From the NCBI GenBank assembly GCA_001662655.1, contig KV460287.1: a DNA stretch of 29,416 nucleotides; one strand, given 5' to 3'. This stretch comes from Pseudogymnoascus verrucosus. Taxonomy: Eukaryota. The notes beneath the pieces were generated by a model. It made no database searches, had not been told where the DNA came from, and saw only the letters and a list, made by a program, of their open reading frames with translations. The position numbers were made by a program, and so were the translations under genes. Each line of letters begins with the position of its first letter. The first letter of the stretch is position 1. This document shows positions 1 through 10,279 of this stretch, piece after piece.

Positions 1-236
1 CATCCAAAGTCTGTGTATTGAGCAAGCATATTGTTGAAACAGAGTTGGCCACAAGAAGGTAGAGCAGCCACGCCTGTGATTGTAGAGCTACTGGTTGTCG
101 ATGATGCGGAGGTGGACGTTGGTCGGCTTGTTGTGGTTGTTGGCGGTGTAGTCGATGAACCGCTAGATGCTGTTACTGAGGACAATGAGGTCGATGAGGA
201 AATCTGAGTCGAAGAAGGAGGCGTGGCTATAGAGCT
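1..236 (-). CDS. Fragment of a Ser/Thr-rich cell-surface protein with a CFEM domain; continues off the left edge, 5' part replaced by a transposon (probably disrupted)
   Basis: Manual minus-strand translation gives SSIATPPSSTQISSSTSLSSVTASSGSSTTPPTTTTSRPTSTSASSTTSSSTITGVAALPSCGQLCFNNMLAQYTDFG(C), an S/T linker followed by a CFEM-type P-x-C-x3-C start. The frame runs into AT-rich TE sequence above ~237. Confidence 0.75.
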
Positions 237-1334
237 ACAATCCCCCCATTGATTAGTTATAGTTATTATATACTACCCTTAAAGCCTTAGGGCTATTATA
301 GTTTAATTATAACTATAAGCCTTAAGTATATAGTATAAGGAAGCCTTAGGTAAATAGAGAGTTAGCTAAGATAGAGGCGTTTTAGTATTTAAAGGAATAG
401 AAACTAAGGGTTCACCCTTTATCTTTTTTATATCTTTTATAGTAGACCTATAGGATTATACTAACTTCTATCTAACTTATACTCCTATATACTACTTCTT
501 ATAATATAGTACCCTATGTCCTTATATATAGTTAGTAGTAGAAAATAGCATAGAGAGAGGCTATGAACTTATTAAGTTTCTAGGTAGAATTACCCTTATA
601 TACCTTAGGTTCCTTAACCCTACCTATTAGCCTATAGGCTAGCATTACCTCTTTAGATATAGTAGAGGTAGTCTTATAGTTATCCTCTATTTAGGGTCTT
701 ACCTATTCTTCTTTAATCTCTTAGTATTGCCTTTTCTAACAACTTTCTTCTTAGATCTAGGCTTACTTCTCTATAAAAGCCCTTACTTCCTTAGGGTAGG
801 AGCTATAGTCTTTACTATATAACTATTAGAATAGCTATATAGCTTCTTCTATAGTATTAATCTAGGCCCTCTCTTCGTCTATCTTTTTCTAAAGGTTAGC
901 TAGCTTTAAGGCTATATCCTAGGGCTTACCTGTTATAGAGTGGTTAACTTCTATAGTAGTAGGCCTTAAGTCTAGCTTAACAGCCTCTATACTTAGCGTT
1001 ACTCCTCCTAAGGTCGCCTAGGTGATCCTTCTTTCCTAGCTAGCCATTCTGAACTAGTAGGCTAGATATAGGTTGAGCTAATAGAATTGTAAAGCGTAGC
1101 CCCTTAGGTCTTACGGGAGTCTAGAGAATCAGGTTAGAAGGCAGGAAGGTATGGTATTCTGTAAGCACTGTAGGTCTACGTACGTATATCGACTATCGGC
1201 TAAAGGCCTCCTTCTAAGGCCTCCAGCTCCTTATATCCTACGTTCCCTCATACCCTAGCTTACCGAGCCCTAGTGGCTCTACTGCCGAGCAGCCCCTGAG
1301 TTTAGGGTGGCCTCACGTAATAGGCCGCCTTACA
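237..1334 (-). mobile_element. RIP-degraded short or internally deleted LTR retrotransposon (5' LTR 1334-1088, gag-like relic, PPT; 3' LTR missing)
   Basis: Strong TpA enrichment. LTR bounded by TGTAA...TTACA at 1088-1334. ATG at 1047 (-) opens a stop-riddled frame. Minus-strand purine tract AATGGGGGGA followed by TTGT at 250-237. Confidence 0.7.
1088..1334 (-). repeat. LTR, diverged inverted relative of the solo LTR at 2391-2647
   Basis: Shares blocks with the reverse complement of 2391-2647: TGTAAAG(G)CGTAG, AGAAGGCAGGAAG, TAGGTCTAC, CTCCAGC, TCACGT..GGCCGCCTTACA. Confidence 0.8.
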
Positions 1335-2244
1335 CAGGGTGAGTGGGTGAGTGAGGCGAAGCAACATTTCGTGTCAGTTTGGCGTCATTTTCGTATCAAC
1401 TCTGAAGTTTGACCGTCTTAGCTTACATACCATATTAAGTTTGAAGGTAATTTCCCATTTGTGAGTCATGACTCTGTTGATGCCCGAAAGTGTGAGGTGC
1501 AACATCAAAACCACAAGAGGCTAAGATGATGGCAGAATGTACGGAGCGGTGACTACTTGAAGCTCACGAGATTTTTTTAGAGATTTGCAGAAGGAACCAA
1601 ATCTCCAAACCAACGACCTTAAAACCACTCACGGACATGCCAACTCCTTTTACTCACTAATATTGATATCATTATGGCCTTTGTCCTCCATCGGTGAATC
1701 TTTACTCAATCTATCAGAAACCTTACGTTCCACCGCTTGCATCACAGCGCAACTAGGAGATTCATCACCATTAGCTCCCATGGAACGTCAGTCGCCCGTC
1801 CAGTTGATGTCTGGCTGGGAGACTAAGGGAATGCATATGTCATTCTCGATCCTGAGATTAGCCAGGCTTTCCAAACACAGTACTATGCTGCAGGACGGCT
1901 GCTCGCTTCACAAGACCAGGAGTTATTCCGCTCACTTTCAACCACGAAACACGGCACTTGGAGCTAAATATTATTATCTATAATCGTCCTTTTATCCCCG
2001 TCTTGAAATACCCGAAGATCTTCCACAACAATCGAAAACCAGGTATCACCTCGCTTGCAGTAGGCACCGCGCTTAACCAACAGTCGAGGATGGCTGGGTA
2101 GGTGTTCTAGAATAAAGAGCTCGTCCGCAATATCCCTCATCGTTTTGGAAGTCCACATAATGGTCGTTGCCGCCGCTGGCTCTCCAGTGAGTTCCCGAGC
2201 GGCTGTGCATCTTTTCGTTCGCATGAATTTGACCCAGCACCCGC

Positions 2245-2825
2245 TGTCACGGGTGAGTTCGTGAGAGAGCGCGAGGCTTGGCACCAGGCGAGCGCCATGC
2301 CATCCGAGTCAAGGCGATGTGCCCCCGTGTCACGGGTAACGAGGGAGCCCAACCGGAAGGCACCGAACACGGGGTAAGAAGCTCAGGCTGTGTAAGGCGG
2401 CCCTCACGTGATGGCACGTGAGGTGCCACGTCGAAGGCAGCCCTACGGTGGAGCTGTCATTCGGGTATAGCCCGGTTATTAGGGCTCACGGGATAGGGGG
2501 ATATCAGGGGCTGGAGCCTCAGTTGAGGACTCCAGTCAATAGTCGCTGTATTCAGGTAGACCTATTGTTACGCTAGATAACCTCATCTTCCTGCCTTCTG
2601 ATCTGGTTCCCTGAACTCCAGCGTGACCCTGGGCCTACGCCTTTACAGGCTGGCTGAGCGCTAGGTAGTATATAGTCAGAGCCTGCACCCTCGTATTGAG
2701 GGGGCAAAGATTAGCTTGAATAATACAGGTGATTACTACAGACTCATATTCAAAATCCCGGCCACCTAGCGCACTCTTGCCTGACTACCTTCTCGTGACC
2801 GACGCGCAGCCGCAGCACCGATAAC
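2245..2825 (+). mobile_element. Possible older solo LTR hosting the younger solo LTR
   Basis: Begins TGTCACGGG, contains TATATAG and AATAATACA signals, ends ..CGATAAC, with C-rich imperfect TSD-like flanks. The right end and TSD are not clean. Confidence 0.35.
2391..2647 (+). mobile_element. Solo LTR (257 bp) with 5-bp target-site duplication GGCTG
   Basis: TGTAA...TTACA termini. GGCTG at 2386-2390 and 2648-2652. Homologous to the LTR at 1088-1334. Confidence 0.9.
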
Positions 2826-3455
2826 CCCCCGAAGCGAGGCCTACAAGGGGCCAAGCCATCATCGGTCCAGAGTCGTGGTTCTCTGTCCAGTCGAACCTAA
2901 CACGGAACGCTTTCAAGCCTATGGAAACTAGACGGAGCGAACTGCAGCTTCTAAGTCGTCAGATTCTGAAACGAGATCTTCCCGCCCGCGCACTAATTAA
3001 TTTTGCGTTTATAACGTATCCGGTGGCGAGGAAGGGGCCGAGCATCAATTGATGGAGCTGACCATCGAATACAAACCTCCTCACAAATTGACCTTGCGGC
3101 ATATTTATGAAGGACTTGCCGAGATGAACCTGGATGAAGTTGTGGTGGAAGGAGGTGAGAATGAAAGTGTGGCAATTCGCTGTCGTCTTTGGGTGGGTAG
3201 GTGAGATGACAGAAACAAGCTAGCTGTAGGGATGGACAACGATACGAAACGCCGTCTACGCCCAAGCTAGGGTGGCTGGCTGTTAACGTCGACGAAGGCC
3301 CGTGGGTGGTGGTTGATGATACGACAAAAGGGCTCTATGTTGCGCATGTTGGGCGACGAAAAGGCCGTGGTTGGTTAGGCTAGGACATTATTCAAATTCG
3401 TTTTAGGGCTAGCCATACACACTTCCTAAGCTCAAACTCTAAGCTATAATCTTCT

Positions 3456-5316
3456 CTATTCAACATGGCGAGCAGCGTTATCAATAGACTTATCATCCTC
3501 TATCGAAACTTGAAGAACTCTAGATGGTGCCTCCTTTGCGAGTGATCCTCGAAGATCACCCATGCTCGCGTCCCAGTGAAGCAAAACCTTCTCTCCTGTG
3601 AAAAGCAAATCGATTTGTTCAAGCGACAAGTTCCTGGTCTCAGGATAGAAAAACCAGATGATTGGGATGAAAAGCAAATTTAGTGCGGCAAAGTAGATGT
3701 AGGTCCGCCACTGAATTCTGTCGATAGAAACAGGGGTGATCATAACGACGAGGAAGGTGAAGATCCAGTTTGATGCGGTAGCCAGGGCCGCTGATTTGGT
3801 GCGGATAGCAAGCGGTGCGTACTCTGCAGGGAGTAACCATGGGATAGCGAGTAAACCAACGGCAAAGAAGAAATTGAAGAGGAAGAGCATCACGATAGCA
3901 ACAATCCCGCTAGGCTTGCTGCCATTAGCAACTGTTCCGGACAGTACAGCCATGCAGACGCATTGGCCGCAAGCGGCGAACAGCATGAGTTTACGACGAC
4001 CGAGACGGTCAAGGCACCAAATGGGGATGAGCGAGGAGAAGAAGTATGCAATTCCATTAAAGCCAGCGAGCAGCATGGCGGTAGAATGTGGAATACCCAC
4101 GGAAACTTCGAAGATCACAGGAGCATACTATACATTATCAGTACCCTGGCTTGAAGGCAAATGCAAGAATACTTACATATGTAATCAAGTTAATACCCGA
4201 AAGCTGCTGCATGAACTGACCTCCAATACCGAGGAGGGTTCGGTGACGGAATCTCTGCGGGCCACTCTTGAAAATGGCTAGGAAGCTGGTACCTCCCGCA
4301 GCTGCCCTTTCCTCCTCAAGTGCGTACTGGATACCGTGGAGTTCGGCAACGACGACATGGCTATCTTGATTGATTTCAGATGCATTCTTCTGTAACCTCC
4401 ACAGGACTATGCTAGCTTCGTCGGACCGGTCGTGGGCGACGAGCTAGAAGACACGTTATTAACCAAGATCAAAACTAGAACGTTGGAAGCTTACCCAACG
4501 TGGTGACTCGGGGAGGAAGTACATCATCGCCATGGTAATCAGAGCGAAGATGATTTGGAATGCAATTGGGAAGCGGAATTGAGCTTCGTTGTCAACGTAA
4601 CTCATGCCGTAGTCTATGAAGTTTGTTAGCACATGCTGCAAATGATACGCACCGGTTCTCGGCAGAATAGGGAAGCATTTCTTCACCTACCGACCCAGTA
4701 TGAAAGCATAACACCGAAGATGGTAATGGCCAACTCAATGGACAGACCTTTGCCTCGCAGTGTTGGTTTCATGAGCTCAGAATGCCACACGGCTACAATG
4801 TATCAATCAGTCATTTGTTCACATCCCGACTCAATCATCCGGGTGTTGTAACTTACGAATAGTGGCAGTATTCATGCCGTTGCCTAAGCCAGCCACAATT
4901 CGTCCAGCAATCAGATGCGAGATCTCAGTCGCAGCAGTCTGTACAGCAGCGCCGATGATGAGAATTGCGCATCCCAGGATGATGGTCCAGCGCCGCCCAA
5001 GGCGCTCACCGAAAGCAAAGGCGATGATGGCACCGATGAAGCATCCAATCTCGTAGATGGCAACGACTAACCCCTGCAAAGAGGAGCTTCCACCGCCGCC
5101 ATGAGTCGTGTCGATGGCAGGGAACTGTGCGATGAATGCAGAGCCGGTCAACAAACCACTCATTACACCCTGATCTAAGGAGGTATTTAGATGCGTTCAT
5201 AGAGCGAATAACGCACTGGGACGTGAGGGATTCTTACCATAACCAAAGAGCAGGAATCCCGTGCCTGCCGCGAGGGTGATGGCCCAATCAAGGGCGGAAC
5301 CGGTAAGCTTCGACAT
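3456..5316 (-). CDS. MFS sugar-porter family transporter, STL1-like (polyol/sugar:H+ symporter); 6 exons
   Basis: Exons 5316-5238, 5174-4857, 4792-4691, 4613-4495, 4443-4177 and 4127-3456 splice into one frame. Motifs FGYDQG, GERLGRR, PESPRWL, QQLSGINLITYY, DRLGRR, YPET. PVWHSE, YWVDYG and PWLLPAE are typical of the STL1 clade. Confidence 0.92.
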
Positions 5317-5537
5317 GTTGTCTTCGAGGTTCGTGTCGTAATTCAAGTCAACTTCTCAAAAGTAACATGCCAGGGACAGAGGTGCAATGCAGCGTAAACT
5401 TTAAGATGCGGATTGTGATGGATGTTCTAGGACCTTCTCCGGTGTTTGATACCCCATATATTTTCTTTTTTAAGAAGAGAACGTAAGATCTCTTTATAAT
5501 AATTCGCCACCTGAGCCATGACGCTACTAGCTAGCAT

Positions 5538-5872
5538 CTGGGGTCCCCAGGAAAGGTACGAAACTACTACCTGGGTTGCGGGCAAAGTTGGGGATGGTGG
5601 CTTCTTACCGCGCTTTCGGGTTGAGGGATTAGGTTTCGACTGGGGTCGTGACGGGTATCGAGATTGGCGCCAATCGGTGATGGTTCCCAGAGGCTCTCCC
5701 GATGTGGCCATCTTATGCGCAATTGCCTGTCCGTATTAAGAAATTTCGAGCGCCGCGCTAAATCTTCCTTCTTCTAGTCACTAGTCGCTGGTCCATCGGT
5801 GCGGGGTTTATCATGGAGTGTGTCTTAAATGTGGGTCTGATACATGGATGTCAGGAACGTGTCGCGGCGGAG
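5538..5872. promoter_or_regulatory. Cluster of CreA/Cre1 (SYGGRG) consensus sites in the divergent transporter/SDR promoter
   Basis: CTGGGG 5538-5543 and CCCCAG 5545-5550 (inverted pair), CTGGGG 5640-5645, GCGGGG 5801-5806, GCGGAG 5867-5872. Confidence 0.5.
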
Positions 5873-6140
5873 ACCTCACGGCCATTACTTACGACGTATC
5901 TTCTCTAGGCCTACGGTAATAGTAATAATCGGCGACTGGTAAGCCCCCATGCCAATGGAGCCTCAGCCATGACAATTTCTCCCATACTCGCACATGCTAT
6001 GTAAACTTGCATGCCATACGTCGCAGCTCGCTCACCTTTAAATTGCATAGCTGCTGCCATTAAATTGCCGTTTAACAGGTCCGCCCTGATACCTTCATTA
6101 AACTCGTATCTGGTTCCGAATAAGCTAATTCACTATCAAC

Positions 6141-7079
6141 ATGACTCAATCACTTGTCCCAGATACCACCTTGCCAACCGAAATCCCAGAGTCTCGCCAA
6201 TCAGCAGCTAATGCTCCCGTATCAAGCCTGTTCTCACTCAGCAAGAGAACAGTGATTGTCACGGGCGCTGGTCGAGGTCTAGGCATCGTGCTCGCTGAAG
6301 CAATTCTCGAATCTGGTGGCGACGTTATATGCCTCGATATTCTGCCAGCTCCAAGCAAAGACGAGTGGACTCGAATTGAGCAGACCCAGAAAACTTCCGG
6401 TACATATTGCAGCTACCATCAGTGCGATATCACCGACGAAGATGCTGTGACAGCAACTTTGACGGAGGCCGCAAAAGCTGCTTCGAAGAGGGGAAACCCA
6501 ATACGCGGGCTCATTTCGTGTGCCGGCATTCAGCAAATGCTGGATGCGATTGATTACCCTTTGGATGGTTTTAGACGGATCCTCGAGGTCAATGTCACTG
6601 GAAGCTTCTTGATCGCAAAGCATACTGCACGAATCCTATGGGATGAGGGTAACTCTGGCAGCATTGTCTTCATTGCTTCTATGTCTGGACAAATAGCCAA
6701 CAGAGTATGTGAAAAAATCTTCCTCGATCGGCTCATACTCACAATTGCTAACTCACTCAATCAGGGCATCCATTGCTCGGCTTATAACACATCCAAAGCT
6801 GCAGTGCAACAAATGAGCAGGTCGCTTGCTGTAGAATGGGGACAGTATGGCATCAGAGTGAACACACTGTCCCCGGGATATATCCGTACATCCATGACCG
6901 ATCAGCTGCTTGCAGAGAAGCCAGAAATTGAGAAGCTCTGGATGGCTGGTGCACTTCTCGGACGACTTGGTGCTCCAGAGGATTTCAAGGCTCCTGCAAT
7001 TTACTTGCTTACAGATGGTTCGTCTTTCATGACAGGAGCTGATTTGCGTGTGGACGGAGGACATTGCGCATCAGCATAA
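6141..7079 (+). CDS. Classical short-chain dehydrogenase/reductase, D-arabinitol dehydrogenase/sorbose reductase-like; one 60-nt intron (6705-6764), 292 aa when spliced
   Basis: TGAGRGLG Rossmann motif, Asp after beta-2 (CLDI, NAD-type), SCAGI, ASMSG, catalytic YNTSK, IRVNTLSPGY, DGG. Intron GTATGT...GCTAAC...CAG. Confidence 0.93.
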   Translation: MTQSLVPDTTLPTEIPESRQSAANAPVSSLFSLSKRTVIVTGAGRGLGIVLAEAILESGGDVICLDILPAPSKDEWTRIEQTQKTSGTYCSYHQCDITDEDAVTATLTEAAKAASKRGNPIRGLISCAGIQQMLDAIDYPLDGFRRILEVNVTGSFLIAKHTARILWDEGNSGSIVFIASMSGQIANRVCEKIFLDRLILTIANSLNQGIHCSAYNTSKAAVQQMSRSLAVEWGQYGIRVNTLSPGYIRTSMTDQLLAEKPEIEKLWMAGALLGRLGAPEDFKAPAIYLLTDGSSFMTGADLRVDGGHCASA

Positions 7080-7443
7080 TTACTTTTACTTACAACCTAA
7101 TTGAGTTAGAGGCATAATGAATGATATGTTGTGAAGTTGAATTGAAGTACATGTAAAAATATAATGTTTGTCAATCCGTCTGTCCATCAAGTCGCCGAAA
7201 TATTCATCAGCTATTTCTGAGCTGCGGACTCTTCGTCGTATAATCTTGTCTTCAAGACATGGAACTGAAATATCCGATGTTGATATTCTGATCTGTCTGA
7301 TATATCAGGCATAGAACTAAAATTGTACCCCGCAATGTTTAGTTCTTGCACGGACCTCCCTGACCCCAAACGATGCACAATCTACTTTCCTCCAGCTGTT
7401 AACTATACAACAGCTTGGTTGTTAGTCATGAGCATAATACAAC

Positions 7444-9961
7444 ATGCCAGGTAATGGAGCTCCCGAAGAGTTGGATGTCCAGAAGGATAAGGTGCAGCCC
7501 GATCCTCACATACCGCCACTTAGGGCAAGAGATCATAACCATACTACAAAACGGACCCGAGGTCGAAATGGTTGTCTCAATTGTAGACAACGGCGAAAGA
7601 AATGTTAGTGTTCCACCTGTTAAGGTTGCATCTTGCTGATAGTCTTGGTGATCCAGGTGACGAGAGGAAACCGGTCTGTTCAAAATGCTCCTCGCGTGGC
7701 GAGAGCTGCGAATGGGACACTGGTATCAAATTTCGAAATCGTGGCATTGACGCTAGCCCTCCATCCATGAGACGATTTGGGGGAAATAGGCGGCCGCCTA
7801 ATGAAGGCCAAGTAAGTCGTGCTGTGCTTATCCAACACACAGATACAAGGGGCGAAAATCATGCATTGCTGACTGGGTAGCTTCAATGCAGACCGACGAC
7901 ATTCGATTTGAGACTAGAATATTAAGGACTACTTGCTCGAACAACCCGCTTAACAACGAGAGGTGTGCAAGTAGTGAAGAACCACACGTCAGCATGTCTT
8001 TGGCTCCAAAGCAGCAACGGCTAAGGATACGGCATGAACCGCGGGGCGAGGTGAATCTATCAGCTCCCGACAACAGCCAAGACATTCACGGTCCGACTAT
8101 GGGATCGGATGGCTGGGCTACTGATTTGAATGAAGTGAACGATGATAGCGTCATCTCAACAAGAAACCGAACAGACCAATCTTCGCCGCACTCCATTCTC
8201 GCCCTTAATCACACAAGATCCGTCGGTTCAATTAATCGATCGCCGCCAGAACTTAGTCGCGATGGGGTTTACAAGCAGCATACCGCTCCCACTGGTGGCA
8301 CTGCGGCTCCGTTACTAGACCAAGCTCTTTCGAGGCCTAGCCCACACACATCTACAATAGACGCTTTCGTAAGCACTACGGAAGAACTTGAACCAGCTGG
8401 TATATTCAATGCCAACGGTGACCCATATCTACTAGACATTGACCTCGTCGAATTAGAGGCATTAGATTATCTTATTGCAAACCCGACCGATGCGGAACTA
8501 TTCTCAACAAATATGAACCAGATCGAAAGTTTACCATGGCCTCCCGACGGAAATTGTGAAGTCTTGCCAACGGACCACATATCAGCGGATTCGCCTCATA
8601 TTTATTCTACCTACTATCCGAATACTATATACGAAGAACTGCACACTGTACTCCACAATTATATGGTACAGACCGCACGGACTACTATGATGACACGGCA
8701 AGGTACACCCAACGCCACTTCTGAGGCCGCCTCCAGAGCACGGAATGATCCAGTAACCACTCAATATGTTAGCCAAGCTTCCCTTATGGATGCGGGTGCG
8801 CTCAAGAGACTGCCTGAAGGTACGAAACTGACTGATCGAAGAGAGCTTGAGCTTTGGCAGAATTACCTTGACGAAGTTGCTGTCTGGCTTGATATGTTCG
8901 ATGTGGAAAGACACTTCCAACTTAGGATACCGATGATGGCTAAATCTTCCGAACATCTTCGTTACTCCATTCTTGCTCTTTCCGCACGGCAGGCAGAAAG
9001 AAAGGATCCGGGAAAACCAGCCACCGAGAGTTTGACTCTATATCAGAAAGCGATCGAACTGATTGTTCAAGAACTACATTCTCTTGACACTGCTGTCATT
9101 GCATCGTGCGTGTTGCTCTGTGTTCTCGAGATGATGAGTTCCTCCCCGAAGGCCTGGGACAGACATCTTAACGGATGTTCGATGTTGCTCCAAGCAGCTG
9201 GTATTGATGGTACCGTTGGCGGAGTCCGTCAAGCATTGTTTTGGTGCTTTGCAAGAATGGATGTCTGGGGCGGGTTTCTCTCAGATACGCTGACCAAAAT
9301 TCCGACGAGTCGCTGGTTTATCCCTGGCCAGTCAATGTCGACGGCTGTAATCCGCTTTAAGACTGGCCCAGGCGGTTTCGACAATTATGCTAACTATGCT
9401 GTATTTCTCTGTGCCAGCGTTGTCAACGTACTCTCCAATCGAGGCTCATCATCTGCAGGACAAAGGGATCATACTTCTAATTCCAGGGGATCGTTATCTG
9501 CTCCGTGGAAAGCTTTGTATGACCTATTAGAAGACTGGTACAACAGTAGACCCGAGGAAATGCGGCCTCTTATGTCAAGTACAGCCACTCTAGACGATCA
9601 CTATCATCCTTTTCCAATTGTACTTTATGGGACCTCGCCTGCAGTCAATGGTAATCAGCTCTACCATGCATCATCTGTTCTCATGCTTCAAGAAAAGCCA
9701 AAGGAAATTCGTTTAACCAGAGGCCACAAATCTGTACAATGGCATGCTCGTCAGATCTGCGGTATTGCTACCTCAAATCATAGCCATGGAGCATGGATCA
9801 ACGCATTGCAGCCACTATTTATTGCTGGGAAGATTATGTCTCATCCCATCGAGCACCGAGTAATCCTTGACGTTCTGGCTCGTATCGAGAAAGAGACAGG
9901 ATGGGCAACTTCATGGCGTGCCGAGGACCTGAAGGAATATTGGGGGGATGTGGAAGAATGA
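7444..9961 (+). CDS. Zn(II)2Cys6 transcription factor with C-terminal fungal-specific TF domain; 3 exons
   Basis: Exons 7444-7603, 7657-7811 and 7892-9961 give RGRNGCLNCRQRRKKCDERKPVCSKCSSRGESCEW. The C-terminal region (WLDMFD..HF, ILALSARQ, FWCFARMD, ALQPLFIAG, IEKETGW) is typical of the Fungal_trans_2-type domain. Confidence 0.92.
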
Positions 9962-10279
9962 TAGTCCCTCGCAAACGCACTTTTCAACTACCCTTGCCCA
10001 CCAAGAGGCTATGTGACATGACATCGCATCTGGAAACATAGCCATGGCTTGGCCCCCCATTATTTCCAGCCACCCGATGTCGATCTTTCTTGTTTGCAAT
10101 GCCCCATCTGTTTCGACGATTTATGCTCTCCCCGGGACCTCCGCTAGGAGTTATTTGGACTCTGCACATTCCGGAACAGCTCGGCAAAAAAATTATATTA
10201 TTATTAATAATCACATTTACGGCTACACAGCGTCGATTCAATATGCCAGGAGATTCCGTCCCCAGAGATTGATACCACC

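Larger units (their letters stand above)
1850..2990 (-). pseudogene. Possible decayed unknown gene interrupted by LTR insertion(s)
   Basis: The frame LKAFRVRFDWTENHDSGPMMAWPLVGLASG (right of ~2826) appears to join GCWVKFMRTKRC...IIDNNI (left of 2245) once the intervening sequence is removed. TAG stops lie on both sides. No recognisable family; boundaries approximate. Confidence 0.3.

Noticed and set aside
1585..1983. 132-aa plus-strand ORF
   Set aside because: Non-ATG start, no recognisable motif, lies opposite a probable decayed minus-strand gene.
3736..4281. 181-aa plus-strand ORF and other antisense ORFs over the transporter, SDR, TF, TK and ArgRS genes
   Set aside because: Shadow frames of well-supported genes on the other strand or frame.
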